Positions 30,265-44,869 are shown, numbered from the stretch's first letter. The stretch is 64,000 nt of DNA from the human T2T-CHM13v2.0 reference genome, Homo sapiens (GCF_009914755.1 NC_060928.1); one strand, 5' to 3'. Program-made: numbers and translations. Notes: generated by a model from the sequence alone, not told the origin.

Positions 30265-30903
30265 CTGGAATGGAGAAGTGGAGGACACAACATAACTCAA
30301 CTGAGAGAAGCCAATACTGGGGAGAACTACTCTAAGATGGTGGCCTTAAACTTAGGGTACCTCAACATACAGCTACAGCAGCTTTTCCAGTTCTCGGCAG
30401 CTGCTGCCTTGGTTGAAAGTAAAGCTACCTAGCTTGACATTAACATGGGCCAGGCTGGAGAAACATCTCGTTGAAGGAGACAAACTAATGAGAAGGAGAA
30501 ATTTTCAATGCAAGCAGATGCATCCAATTTCTCCAATTGAGGACCTTGCCTCTAACTCTATTCTGGGCAAAGTTACCTGCAAATGCAGTTTTATTTATTC
30601 ATTTTTAATTAGCTTCTGTGATTTAATGAGTTGTGAATAAATACAGTTTCTAGTTTGAGGTATTTTTCTTTAAAAGATGCCCAGCATATTGCAAACACCA
30701 TCGTAGGATAGAATTTTTAAGTCCACTTTACACTAGAAGAAACTGAAGAGGCCTTCTGTGTAAAGAGGCATTCTGTGTGAGTGGCCCAGCTCACGGGGCA
30801 CATCCAGGGTGGGGCCCAGGGAGAGCTAGACCCCACTGCCTCAATCCACCAACCCTCACACCACATATAAGGAGTGAGAAATAGATACCAGACTTCAAGT
30901 TAC

Positions 30904-31227
30904 CAGGTTTCAATCTGCTGTAATTCCGCACCTCAATGGGATTGGGGTGGGGGTGGCTAAGGGGGCCCTGCAGATGGGCTCTGGTCTGGCCCTCTGAATA
31001 GTTCACAAATATGAAGCCGTCTTTCTCATCTAGACTGAGCTGGTCGGACCAGCGTCTGGAGTCGTCAGAGCCACTGTCAGTACACCAGGCGGCTGTTGCG
31101 CGGCAGGAGGCTGCCCGGGGCCTGTGGCTGGTGCTGCTGGGTTGGCTTGGAGTGTCCTTAGGGTCCTGGCTGATGCTCTGCTCATCTGCTTCTGAATCAC
31201 TGCTGTCCTCGTCTTGGGCTTCCTGCC
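30904..31227 (-). CDS. WDFY3: WDFY3 exon with acidic linker and LIR motif (FIFV at 31004-31015)
   Basis: QEAQDEDSSDSEADE...DEKDGFIFVNYSEG...RLKP; cccag acceptor, gtaact donor; 324 nt. Confidence 0.96.
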
Positions 31228-31761
31228 CTGGGTGAAGCATTGAGAGAATTGGAACATACGGAACCATCAAAGTTACACCCAGCTTTGTTCTGCTAGTATT
31301 TTTTTTCTCCCAGTTATAAGCCTCTATAGACATAATATTTTAAGCTAAGTGTAACAAAAAAGAAAGTAAGTGCCAGGATTTTTGGCTAGAGTACAGAGAG
31401 CAAAGAAATAAAAAAGTCGAATTTCTGAAAGAGTTTATTAAAAACTTTGGCCAAAATCCTTAGCTTGGAATTCAATCTCTCACAATCTGGCCAGAATCTG
31501 CCTTTGCCGCACACTCCCTGCTGTGCTGCAGCTAGATGGTGTCACTCCAGCTCTCTCCCTGCAGACCTGCTCCTCCAAAGGTGAGCTTCTTCACATGCTG
31601 CTGGTGCCGCCTAGACCCATCTTTCCAATCTCTGTGGGTTCCGATGTCACCTAGCTTTCAAGGGACAGCTTAAACATTCTTGTCTCTGAATCACCCAATT
31701 CCTTCAGCTCAAAGTATTCTCCCCCTTTTCTGGACTCCTTTAACAGTTCTGTGCCTCCTGA

Positions 31762-32173
<412 letters not shown>

Positions 32174-32255
32174 ATTTTTGGATATTCTTTCTACAAGATG
32201 GTAGAGAAAAGGGCCATTGCATATAGTGGTTAATGACTCAAAGATTAGTGAATTA

Positions 32256-32439
32256 CCTTATTTTTAATTTTTATTTATGTATTTATTTTTACATACATGG
32301 ATCTTGCTCTATCACCCAGGCTGGAGTGTAGTGGAGCGATCATAGCTCACTGCAGCCTCAACCTCCTGAGCCCAGGGAATCTGCCCGCCTCAGCCTTCTG
32401 AGTAGCTGGGACCACACGTGCATGCCACAACATCTGGCT
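32256..32439 (-). mobile_element. 5'-truncated Alu (right monomer)
   Basis: Exact 16-bp duplication aaagattagtgaatta at 32240-32255 and 32440-32455. Confidence 0.9.
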
Positions 32440-32585
32440 AAAGATTAGTGAATTATTCTATGAAAGCCTTACTTTGGAATTTTGTTCTTCTTCCTCTTTT
32501 CACTGTTATTTTGCATTTCTTCACATCAACTCTCTACTCTCTTGCAATAAAGTCTACTGGAGGGAAAATGTATAAGAAACAAGTA

Positions 32586-32912
32586 TACCTGGCCCTCCAT
32601 TTCTGTGGGTTCCACATCCATGGATTCAATTAATCTCAGATGGAAAATATTTGGGGAAATAAACTGTGTCTGCAAATGAACATGTGCAGAATTTTTTTCC
32701 TTGTCATTAGTCCCTAAACAATACAATATCGCAACTATTTACACAGCATTTACATTGTATTGGTAGTAATCTGGAGATGATTTAAGGTATACAGGAGGGT
32801 GTTAGTAGGTTTTATGCAAATACTACATACACCATTTTATATCAGGGACTTGAGCATTCTCAGATTTTGGTATCAAAAGGAGGTCTTAGAACCAACTCCT
32901 GAGGATACTGAG
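32586..32912. mobile_element. TcMar-Tigger non-autonomous element (Tigger3/MER2-like)
   Basis: ggccctcc...gtgggttccacatccatggattcaa, aactatttacacagcatttacattgtatt and gaggatactgag. Confidence 0.75.
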
Positions 32913-34358
32913 CCCACCAAAGTTATTTTCTTAGCAAGACAAATACTTTATTTGCCTGCTTCCTACTCAGTAGGGGGCTATTGGACTAATGTGAATGAAG
33001 TTTTCACCCCAACGGCTTATGATCGTGAGCTCTGAGGTCCGCAAACAAGCAGCTTTGGAAGCGGCTTTAATTTCCAGTGAACCACTAGCTTGTTTACATT
33101 TCACCCCAGCAAGTGCCCACAAATCTCACCACTTCTACATTGTTCAATCCTTCCTGTGGGCTGTTCTCCCTGCCACTTCTGCCAGACTACCCACAATAAA
33201 GACATACAAATATCTTTCCACCCTGAATTTGACCCCTTCTATCTCACTCATTCATCTCCTCTTCCACTGTTATTTACTTAAAAGCTTTTTAAGGGAAAGG
33301 AAAATGACCCACTTTTCATTGGTTCCCTTAATTCAATATCTGACATATAACAGGTAACCCCCAAACACTTATTGAATTAAACTGAATTTTTATGTCCCCA
33401 AACACCCAGATGACCTTTTTGGTGGGGCTGTAATTAGAAATTTACATGTACTAATATAACACCAACATTAAAATGTCCTGCCCAAGGGATCTTTTTTCTT
33501 CTCTGGCATGGAAAGTAAAAGCTACTTTCAGCTTATATAGAGAAGTGACTTGTGTCCTTTTGCTAAGTTTCCTTTATTAACTCTCTCACATCATCAAAGT
33601 CACACTGAATTCTCAGTGCACAAAAGCCAATCATGGAGAAACAATCTGAAGGTCAAACTTCAAACCTTGTTCCTTTCCAGGAAGTTCCTTTCCAGGAAGT
33701 TCCACTGTTCTACATCAAAGGGGGCGGCTTCTTCAGTGACTGCAATGCAAAGCAGATCTCACCCTGGCATTATGGCATTGCTTTCAGTTATTCTGGGTAG
33801 AAATCAATTATCTCTATATTTCACTGAAAAATTTTAAATTGCTTCACAAATAATGGACTATAGGTAACCAGGCTTCAGTGTGAATTAATGCCCCAATGTA
33901 AGCAAGTCTGACTGTGGACTCTGGTCTGCCTCTGTTAATTGTTTACAAACACAATTGTATCTGTTGTCCACACTGAGCCAGCCCCATGGTGGGCAGAACA
34001 AATGTGGGGCTGGGGTGCAGCAGGGCTTGTCTGACTTATACAACAGCACGCCCTCTAGGTCTGTTGTGTGTTTTCAGAAGTGAAAGCCAAAGCCTTTGGT
34101 ACTCTAGGAAGTAAGTGCTATATTTAGTATGGAATGTGGAAGTTAACCACAAGACACCACTACACTGAATGTTGCCCAGTGAAGTAGAGAAAACCTTGCA
34201 TGTCTGCTCAAAGGAATCACACAACAGGCAGCAACCATGCTTCTCCAAGCAGTGCCCAACCTTGGGCTCCTCTTTATGTTGTTTGGTATAAGCTTATCCA
34301 CAGTGACTTAAAAGAAATATGAAAACGATTTGAGTCATTTTTAGAAAGTATTAAATAC

Positions 34359-34455
34359 CTATTTGTGCTTCTGGACAGTCTTCCTGCATTTCTAGGACTT
34401 CAGCAGGCTCAGGAGCTGGTGTTTCAGGAACTTGCAAAAATTCCATTCTCCAAAA
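34359..34455 (-). CDS. WDFY3: WDFY3 exon
   Basis: FWRMEFLQVPETPAPEPAEVLEMQEDCPEAQI; tttag acceptor, gtattt donor; 97 nt. Confidence 0.95.
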
Positions 34456-34665
34456 CTAAATTTAAATAAGTACAAAAATTAAAAAGTTAAGAAACAGATT
34501 AAGGAACCAATTTACATTACTCAATGAAGAGAGACTGTCAGGGTTAACAGATAACTTAATTTCCATCATGTTATACAGTTAGATTTCCCGTATCTTGGAA
34601 GATGTGGCAGCGGGCTGCCTGCACACAATGGCTGTTTCAAAGTACAGGGAAAAAGATTATAGTCA

Positions 34666-34985
<320 letters not shown>

Positions 34986-35927
34986 ATAGTTCAACTAAGT
35001 AAACTTTTTTGTTTCCTACAAAAACCTCTCAGAGTCTTGCATATGCTAATACACATTATATATCTCCAAGAGGGCATACAGTAAACAGAATCCCCAGGTG
35101 CCTGGCTAGGGAGCTATTTTATGCTGCTTCACAGATTGAGCAGTGTGAAATACCACTGTCGAGGAAGCAGACTCCAGGGTGTGTGTGTTTGTGAGTTTTT
35201 GTGTGTGCACAGATGTGTACCGTGTGAGGTACAGGGTGTGGTATTGGAGTGGACTGATGGCTTCACTGTCTTTCAACATGTGACTCTGACTAAAGAGGGT
35301 GGTAATCAGCTGCTCTCTGCTTTTACAAAGAGCACAATTAAAGAAAAACAAGCACAAAGAAAAATCTCCTGAGACAGAAAAACTCAAATACTTCAACAGA
35401 CTACAAAAGTGAATACTCCATTGCCTCTATTTTCTGTAGAGTCCCAGCACATAGCAACCTAAGAAAAGGATAAACTACATCTAGGCTTCAGGTGCAGTCA
35501 TCTGGGATCCTAGCTGGGGATCCTCGAAGTGTTTTCCAGCACTGTGATTCTCTGTAGGGAAGAGACTTATCCCTGCTCACTATGTTTTCCCTACGAAGCC
35601 ATTTGACAGGCTGAAAACCCAGTACTTCTGCAGTTCGCATGTTGAGCAATCCCAGTGTGACATGGGAATCATGTTTGACTGACCTCACTGTGTCAAGCTG
35701 TCAAATGGCCAGTAGCACTACCAGATCTACTTAATAGGAAGAAAAGAGGCCAAGACACCAGTGTTCCTCATGTCTGATAACGCAGAGGCCAAGGCCTGTC
35801 TGAGCTGGAGCGAGAGTTCACTAAACATTACAACTTGTTCAGGTGTTCTTAACCTGTAATTAGCTACAAGTTTCTGGTAAACTAGGATGACAAATATCCT
35901 AATGAGTTTTTCTCTCAGTTCACTTAC

Positions 35928-36110
35928 CCGAACCACTCCATCTGAGTGTCCTGTCACTATGACGTTCTGCGTGTCCCATTCGTTCATCTCCGACATGCAG
36001 CAGCAGATGATCTGCTGGCTCCTACCTGTGAACGTGTTGACACTCACGATAGGGTTCCCATTGATGCTCCACACATGGATATATGTGCCAGCGCAGGACA
36101 CAATGTCCCC
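35928..36110 (-). CDS. WDFY3: WDFY3 exon (WD40)
   Basis: GDIVSCAGTYIHVWSINGNP...VIVTGHSDGVVR; ctcag acceptor, gtaagt donor; 183 nt. Confidence 0.97.
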
Positions 36111-38049
36111 CTGAGAAGAGAGAGAAAAACGTCATTCTCTTTGCTCCCTTCCAATTACCTTCTGGTTTCTGAAGCAAATTGAATCCCTGGCCTAGTTCTC
36201 AGAAAGCCTTTCAGTCCTAAGACTAGTGGCTAATTTCTTAGGTAACCTGAAATTCAGTGCTTGCTGACTTAAAAAAAAATACTCCGAACAGAGGCTTCTT
36301 TAAGAATTCACAGTTGAGTGGATGCAGTGGCCAAAGGGACCACGGATGGAGACAAAGGGCAGGTCCACGTCCCTGGCACACTGCTGAGCAAGGTCTGGCG
36401 ACACAAGAAAGCTCCCTGTCATCTGAGGAGATGAAGAACTACTCTTCTTCCTCCCATTGTTAACAAAATCTATTACGCCTTTCATCTAGAGGCAGGAATC
36501 CACCTCCACTTTTACAAAATGAATCCAACCACTAAAACCACAGGGTAGAAGAGGCATTTTTCAGTCCAGATATAGTTGTGTTTCTTCAGTAAATCAAAAG
36601 GCACAATCTTGGTAATGCTGTAATATCCTATTTTAAAATCTGTATTCAAAATAGGGGTGGGGGAATGTGGGGGGAGAAAAGGAAACTGGTAAATGGGTCA
36701 CTTCTTGGCAAACTTAGTAAAAACCAAGACTCCCTGAGCTGATAACTTATGTTTTTATGAGATCCAAAGATAGAAAAGAACAACCTATTTTCTTAAATTC
36801 TACCAGGCTGGGCTCTACCTAACCTGGTAAGAACACAACCCACTATAGTTAAAGAAAGGAGGATGCTTTCTGAAGCATCTCCTGTGTGCCAGTCACTGGG
36901 GTGGAGACTTCAGATGTTCTAGTTAACACAGCAACCTTGTGAGATTATCACTAGCCCTGCTGTAAAGGATGAAAGTGAGGGGCAAAGAATTTAAGTAACT
37001 TATTTATCATCAGAGATTTGAAGCCAGCTTTCTATAGCGCCAAAGCTTATATACCATACCGTGCTGCCTCTTTCATTCCTAAGATAGTCTGTTTGTCACA
37101 ATGCTGGGTATTACCTTTAGAAAAGACCTGGTAAAGTTCAGTACCCTCAGGAGATATATAAGAACCTACATAAGTCTTAAGATGGTCAGCAAAAACAGAG
37201 GAGAACTAGAAGCTGCAAAGCAGCATCAACACATAAAAAGGTAAGGTGGAGGAGGCTGGGGTAGGGTGAGGAGGAGGACTGGGCCTGTTCCATCCACAGT
37301 CTGTGCTGCACCGTCTGTGCTGGTCTTGCTACTGCTGCTCCTTGCTCCTCCCACCCCCTAGCTCTTCTTCTACCAAAATGGCAAGAAATAAACCAAAACC
37401 CAAACCAAAACAATACTTAGCAAAGCACTGTTGTGTCTGCTTCTGTATCAGTTACTGAACCATTTCTGACTATAAGTGTCAGCAATTGAGTTTTAATTAG
37501 TGGCTTTAGTCTCTGCAAGAGAAAATTGCTCCATTCTGCACTGGGCAAGACCTTCTTCAGTTACTCTGGGGCCTTAATTAGAGTTTATTAGAGTAAATCC
37601 TGTTGTTATGAGGGCAGAGACATAAGAAGAATTAAAGGCAAAGTGGCTTTGGCCTGAAGTGTAAACTGAAGTAAAGCAGGCTTGATATTGGTTGGAGAAA
37701 CACAACAGAAATAGAAATCTTTTCATGACTTATTAAGATATTACAAAAGCATCTTAAAAAGAAAACACTGCTTTTGTAGTATTTGCAGCAAATATTGCAA
37801 TCCACTAGTGTACACTGGCTCAAATAACAACTGGCTATATAATAAAATTATCAGTATTTAAGTTAAGAACAACCCCAAAACAAAGTGCTCCAAATAATTG
37901 ATTAAGCATCTGACTCAACACTGCTGCATAAGAGCAGTTCTACAGCACCCACATTTTTGTAAAGCTCTTTTGGTTCAAATGTTTGCAGGACCAACCCAAG
38001 GTGTTGTTCTGAAAACCTCTTAAACCTTTCAGACAGAAAAAACAAATTT

Positions 38050-38337
38050 GGAGGCCGAGGCGGGCAGATCACAAGGTCAGGAGATCGAAACCATCTTCGC
38101 TAACACGGTGAAACCCCGTCTCTACTAAAAATACAAAAAAATCAGCTGGGCGCGGTGGTGGGCACCTGTAATCCCAGCTACTCAGGAGGCTGAGGCCGGA
38201 GAATGGCGTGAACCCGGGAGGTGGAGCTTGCATTGAGCCGACATAGCACCACTGCAGTCAGGCCTGGGCAAAAGAGCGAGACTCCATCTCAAAATAAATA
38301 AATAAATAAATAAATAAAACCCCAAAAAACAAAAACA
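38050..38337 (+). mobile_element. 5'-truncated AluY-lineage element
   Basis: gagatcg...ctaacacggtg and gaatggcgtgaacccggg; duplication aaaacaaatttg. Confidence 0.9.
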
Positions 38338-39099
38338 AAAACAAATTTGACTCTTCTACCCTTGCATGTCCCCCACTCATTCTCAACCTGAGTACGTCTG
38401 CCATTATTAATCAAACACTCTAAGTGATTGACAACTGTAAGTGAATTCCTTTCTTTTTCCTTTTTTAATAAGTGACTACAAGATAGTTGACTAAAAGTGT
38501 TAATACTGAGTAACTTCTGGTAGAAATCAAAGATGCAGCATCCTTCAAGAGGAAAGCTGTCTGTGTAGGTGATGGTGTGAATGTCACTCAATGACATGGC
38601 TAGAACTGTTCTGTGTCATGAAGGATGGCCCTGTGGTAGGGGTGAGGGTAAGGTGGCAATGGATATGTATAGCTAAGAGGCGATGAGGCTTGGGTGGGTT
38701 CCTGTCGACTCCCAAGACGGATTTGTATATGGGGCATCACCTACATGCTGACACACATTATCTACTTGCTAATGCGACACACATCATCAACTTACTAACG
38801 CGATAAGCTTGTGAGGCCTTAGTCTCTGTAAACCTGCCCTCAAGCTTCCCGTTTCAAGACCATCTTAGCAATGAATCCCCTCGTCTGCTTCAGGTAGGCT
38901 TGGTATGTGTAGAGGGATCCTAGATGAGGGCATTTATTTTATTTGACTTCTTTCATTTATTTGTATATGAACTATTTATTTCTGAAAACAGCATCTTTTG
39001 ATAACTTCTGGATCTGTTTTGAAAATAGCTATATAAGAATTTTTCTCTTGTTTGGGTACCCAAATGTCACCCTTTTTACTTTCCATACTCTGACTATAA

Positions 39100-39470
<371 letters not shown>

Positions 39471-39710
39471 TAAAAAAACATATTCTAGAAAGCTTTGTTT
39501 TATTTTAATCAAATTTTGTTCTCTCTACTGCATGGAGCAGTGAATGGATTTTAAGACAAAACTGCTCTCTGGATTACAAACTTTAACATCTATTTGCTTT
39601 TCAAACAACACTAAATCAAAGAAAAGGTAGTAACTTTTATAAAATGAGTATCTATCAACTTCAAAAACAATGAGTCATTTTTTTAGAAGAAAAATTTATT
39701 TATTTTTTTA

Positions 39711-40002
39711 AGAGACAGTGTTTTGCTGTTTCCCAGGCTGGAGTGCAATGGCTATCACAGGCACAGCCCACCACTGATCAGCATGGGAATTTTGATCTGC
39801 TCCATTTCCAACCTGAGTTGGTTCACCCCTCCTTAGGCAACTTGGTGGTCTCTGACTTTCAGGAGGTCACCAAATCGGTGCTGACCTTAGTGCAGACACC
39901 TGATGGGTATAGTGCCTACAGCCCAGAAGTCCTGGGCTCAACTAATCCTCCTGCGGTAGCCTCCTGAGCAGCTGCAACTCAGACATGTTCCCCTGAGCCC
40001 CA
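39711..40002 (-). pseudogene. Full-length processed 7SL (SRP RNA) pseudogene
   Basis: Contains the S domain that Alus lack (reverse complement of GTTGCCTAAGGAGGGGTGAACC, GGTGACCTCC, GCACTAAG, TGCTGATCAGT) between Alu-domain ends; A-rich tail. Confidence 0.92.
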
Positions 40003-40070
40003 CCATTTTTAATTGAGTTTGGCCAAGACTACTTGTTTACCTAAACATAAGTGGGCAATTTACTACTTAC

Positions 40071-40250
40071 TGTTAATTCATTGATACAAAGAGCAGAAAC
40101 TGGAGCTCGATGCCCTCGAAGCTGGGTTAGAAATGACAGTTTGTTCAAATCCCAAATGATACAGGTTCGATCACGGGACCCACTGACAATTATGTGATAG
40201 GCTAATGATGCTGTGGCGCAGGTGACGGTATCAGTGTGGCCCAGTAAGGC
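40071..40250 (-). CDS. WDFY3: WDFY3 exon (WD40)
   Basis: ALLGHTDTVTCATASLAYHIIVSGSRDRTCIIWDLNK...GHRAPVSALCINELT; GH..WD motif; 180 nt. Confidence 0.97.
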
Positions 40251-41604
40251 CTACGAATGAGAACAAACAAACAAAATCAGGTTGATCTCAGTGACAGGGT
40301 TCCACAGTGACTCCAGAAGCTCCTGGATGCATCAGGAAGCAGTGGCACGCATGCTAGGTAGTAGGTGACTTGAGCAGTGGTGTCTGGAGAGTCTGGAAGG
40401 CAGACCTCCTTTCTCCTCCTGCTGACTACCCTTGCCTCAGCCCACGGGGGTAGAGAGAAGCCTGGAGCACTCTGGAGGCTCTTTACTTTCACATTAGTTC
40501 TTTCCTGGAGTTGGGCCAGGATCTTAGAAGGAAGAGGGAATGACAACCACAACCCAGCTTGGGTTTCTTTATACCATTTTTATGTAGAGATGTATTGATT
40601 ATGGGCATCAAAAATACAGAATTTCAACTCTATATCCATTCTTTTATGCCACAAACTCCTGTTCAGACCATTCTAAAGAATTACAATTGAATGAATTTTT
40701 TTTTAAAAAAATGCATAAACTGCGAGAACCACATGGCTGTAGCACGTGGTCTACAATAGACAAAGCGAGAATGTAGTCCTGAGGCGTCAACATGCTGAAG
40801 TCCTGCTGCCAATCGGAGATATCTGAGTATCTGTGCCTGAGAGGAATTCTTTCTTTAAACTAGAAAAAGAACTTCCCTCTTTTGCTGGAATATGAAGAGA
40901 AAAAGGACCCAAGGAAATGGCAATGTGTGAAAATAAGTAAATATTCTGAAGAAAAAGATTTAGATTACTGTTAGTAGTTCCTAAGTACTTAGAATGGGCC
41001 ATCTGCCCTGGCAGAAAAATATATCCGCTTAATAATGAGTTGGCTTCATCTGCCGCCTTCCACACTAGAATGTAAGAGGTTGCCTCCTATTGTACATTTG
41101 GGGAAAGCCTTGGGTGTAAATCAGTGTAAACTTGGAGGAGAGATTTTGCTATCATGTAGAGTAGGTATTTTTTACAGATTGAAGGTTGATAAATTTTTTA
41201 ATACTTTTGAGAGAGAAAACTATCTGTGTATACACATGAAGTATATATATGTGTGTGTGTGCATAATATAAAAAAAGAGTTGGCTTAAAATTTTGGTCAT
41301 ATAGACATCTTTATTGCATGCTTAGCAAACCCCAGGAAACTATTTTAAGCAGGAAGTCCTTTTTCCTGGCACATTACTTTCAAAGTGCATTTTCTAAATG
41401 GAAAATATTTTTAAGCATAATTTGAATCAGCAAAATGTACTATTAACCTTGTAATCTGTTCACTTCAAGACTTTCTCCCTCTTTATATGGCTTGCCTCAG
41501 GACCCAGCAACTCTGTGAAGTTTCTGGCCTATACAGATGATTCAGTTTTATACTGAACAGGGGTTCAATTTTTTTCTATAGGTATTTATGACACCACTGT
41601 TTGA

Positions 41605-41830
41605 GTTTGGCTTTATAATAGCTTTGAAGTCAGACAGAACTTAATTTAAATTATAGCTTTACTGCTACATGTGACTTTAGACTTGTGTCTTGACCACTCT
41701 AACCTGTGTCTTTTTCAGGGGTAAAATGGGGCTAATAACTACCTTGTAGAATTGTGTCGACTAGAGTTTTGTATTTGTAGAATACTCAACACAGTCCCCT
41801 GAAATAGAGGTGCTCAATAATTGATAAGTG
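41605..41830 (+). mobile_element. MIR
   Basis: gctttgaagtcagacaga, tgtgactttagac, gtaaaatggggctaataa and gtgctcaataa. Confidence 0.7.
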
Positions 41831-42490
41831 GTATTGTTACATTATTTTTCAAATTTATATCATTAAAAATACTTAGATATATGCTCCTTATTTAAAAAAT
41901 ACCTTATGGTAAGTTCTCTCACAGATCAAATATTAAGAAATGGCTTAATTATAAAAGGACTCTTGCTTTAAGTAAAAATTAATAATAGAATCATGTATGT
42001 AATAGACAATCAGAAATACTCGTTAATTAAATCATCAAGGGCTCTACTGAATATATTCATGAGTTTGGCATATCCTTAAGTATATGACAAATGAGAAAAG
42101 AGAGAAACAAAAAATAAAGAATTTAGTGGCAGATAAATGGAAATCACCCTGGAAGGAAATTAATATGAGTCAATAGCAAACATAATTCAGTTTGCAAAAA
42201 TTCAATTTAGACTTTTGCATTTATATTACTTAAATACACTGAAATATATGTTACCTAAAGATAACTTTCTTCAGATTTTAACAAAGGGACCGGCTTAGAT
42301 CATTGTTAGAAACAACCTATTCTGATTTCCTTTTTTTTTCAAAAAAGTATTTCTAGCAACAGAACGTCACTTTGGTTTTGTCCATTAGATCTGAAGTACC
42401 TCAGAATTAAGGAAGCTTTTTACTTCCTACAGGGTGTAGGCACAGGAGATGGACTATGTCCTTCTTGGCATTTTCTATGTTCTCTCTTAC

Positions 42491-42649
42491 CTGTTTGAGG
42501 GTGACGGTCTTGGCCTTTTCTTTGGAGGTGCCCATCTCCCACACACACACAACCGTGCTTGTTCCACCCGTGATGACCAGCTTGGGGTTGGGGCAGATTG
42601 CACAGAGAATCTGGCCCCACTCAGACAAGCATTCATAAACAGTCATGGC
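42491..42649 (-). CDS. WDFY3: WDFY3 exon (WD40)
   Basis: AMTVYECLSEWGQILCAICPNPKLVITGGTSTVVCVWEMGTSKEKAKTVTLKQ; 159 nt. Confidence 0.97.
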
Positions 42650-43615
42650 CTATAAAGTAAAACGGATGTGAGACACACATGCCGTTAAGTACTATACAAA
42701 CTTCTGAAACTCAAGGAGCAGAATTGAGTGAAGGTGCAGGCACCTCACCAGCAAATAGCGGCTCATGTTCTGAGCTAGCTTTAGTTCAGAAGCATATCCA
42801 CTGAATCTCTACCCTGAACTACCCCTACCGCCTCCAAACTATTGTTGCTGCTGAAAGCCATAACCAAAAAGGACTTTGCTCATAATGGGGGTCTCTGGTT
42901 TCTCCAGATTGGGAAAGTGATGCTCAAATTGTGTGATCTATGGAAGGTGCAGGGGACAATGTGGCAAAAGGATGCATTTGCTGTAGACAGAATGTGAAAA
43001 GAGAGCACGACTGCTGCTAAGGAGAACATCAACAAAATGGAATCGTGTTACAAAGCAACATAACAGACTATGCAGATTCTTTTCGTCTTGCATTTGGGAA
43101 GGGACTGTTGGAGGGCAAACACAGGGCACTAAAGGATCACTATGGATTGTCTCTCCAAGAGGTACTTATGGGACCCAAAACAGTTGCTGTTGCTTCTTGT
43201 GGGATGGAGCAACAGGTTTTCTGCCAGCTTGTTTGGAGCACTAAAATGAAAAGTGGGGCAGATGGTGACTCATCAAAAGGAGGCTATTCTGGTTGACAGA
43301 AATGCTGAGCTCCTTGCTGGCTAGGATCTCTCGGAGGAATTCTTTGAGTGAGAAGGAAACTGCTAGCCCCTGTTACACAACTTTGCAAAAGAGGCTTGTT
43401 CTGCAGGGAACATGACATCTCTATGAGCTCCTTTATCCTGCTCTCATTCAGTGAAGCTCTCCTTTCCCCAAATAGGAAAGCTCACTTTTCTTTTGGGCTT
43501 TGGAGGAACAGCTGACAAGCCCTTGGACTGGGTTCTCCCCAACCCTATTAGTCATATAGGATAGCCAGACCACAAAAGAGCAATATTAAATGAGTAGGCA
43601 GGAAATAATGCAAAC

Positions 43616-43770
43616 CTTGTCTGACTCATAGGTTCCCAGTCTGCAACTGAGGTCTGCATAGCCCCAAGCAAAAGTTTTATTCCAGGTTGGTGGGATAAGA
43701 ACCTTATTCTGTTCCACCGCAAGAATACCTTTATCTGTACATACGATTTGTCCTACAGGTTCTTTGAGTT
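43616..43770 (-). CDS. WDFY3: WDFY3 exon
   Basis: LKEPVGQIVCTDKGILAVEQNKVLIPPTWNKTFAWGYADLSCRLGTYESDK; ttctag acceptor, gtttgc donor; 155 nt. Confidence 0.96.
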
Positions 43771-44869
43771 CTAGAAAAAAGAAATCATGGTATTAGGACA
43801 GGAACAGGAAAAACTAATGTCATTATCTCATAGAGCATGATAATTTCAAATATTCATATAAATCAAGCATCCTGATACCTACGTTGAGAAAAAATGATCT
43901 CTGAAATAGAGCTGGGCTTTTGAATCTCCTACAAGACCTGCTGGGTGGAATGTTCAACCTAACAGGGCCTCTGCAGGACTTTCCTCCAGCTTTCCTATTT
44001 CTGGGCACTCTCTGGTTTGGGTACTACCATTCAGGTTTGCCTCCCTAGGGTTGTACAGAGTAATCTGGGATGCTCCCCAGAATGTCATAGGGACACAGAT
44101 TATCAACAAACCTATGTCTTTAGTACCTCCCAAGTTATAGCCAGACCTTAGACTTCCTCAAGGAAGGTCATGTCATTCCCCAGAGGAACGGACTCCTTGC
44201 TCCACACCAGCACTCTGATGACCATATTACTACTCCAGAAGAATCGCCAACAGTGACTGACGCTGGCACAGAGCAGAGTCTGTGTAATGAGGACAAATGG
44301 CATAGAATGGCACACAAGTTAACCAGATTTTGTTCCAATTCTTGGATATTTTTAAGCGACAACTTCAAGATTTTGCAGAACTTTTTTTTTTTCATTCTAA
44401 GGGGAAAAAACCTACTTGAAAAAATATTTTTAGATATCCCATTATACCATTAGATAAAACACAGATGTCTTTTCATTGGCATACTAAAAATGTGTTCTTT
44501 TACTAATATATCGGATAGGCAGAATATATTTAAATGAGAATGAAATTATGAAGACAAATTTTTTTTATCTATAAAGTTGAATTTACAAGGTTTTGGTATT
44601 TTAGAGCTTTGATTATCTTAAAGAGGAGAGAGAAGACTGTTTGGTTCTTTCTGATATGAAGTCCAACAAGCCAAAAAAAGAAAACAGAGAAAAAAAAGCA
44701 AAAAGAGAAAATATAAATACTAGTAGGTATTTAGTAATCTAACACAAAATGTATGGCACTTATTAAACAAATTATGCTATCGTCAAAAAGCAAATTTGTT
44801 ATTGTTAAACTGGGATTATTAACAATCCCATTAAATCATTAATCAAAAGTTTATTTCTCATTATTTTAC

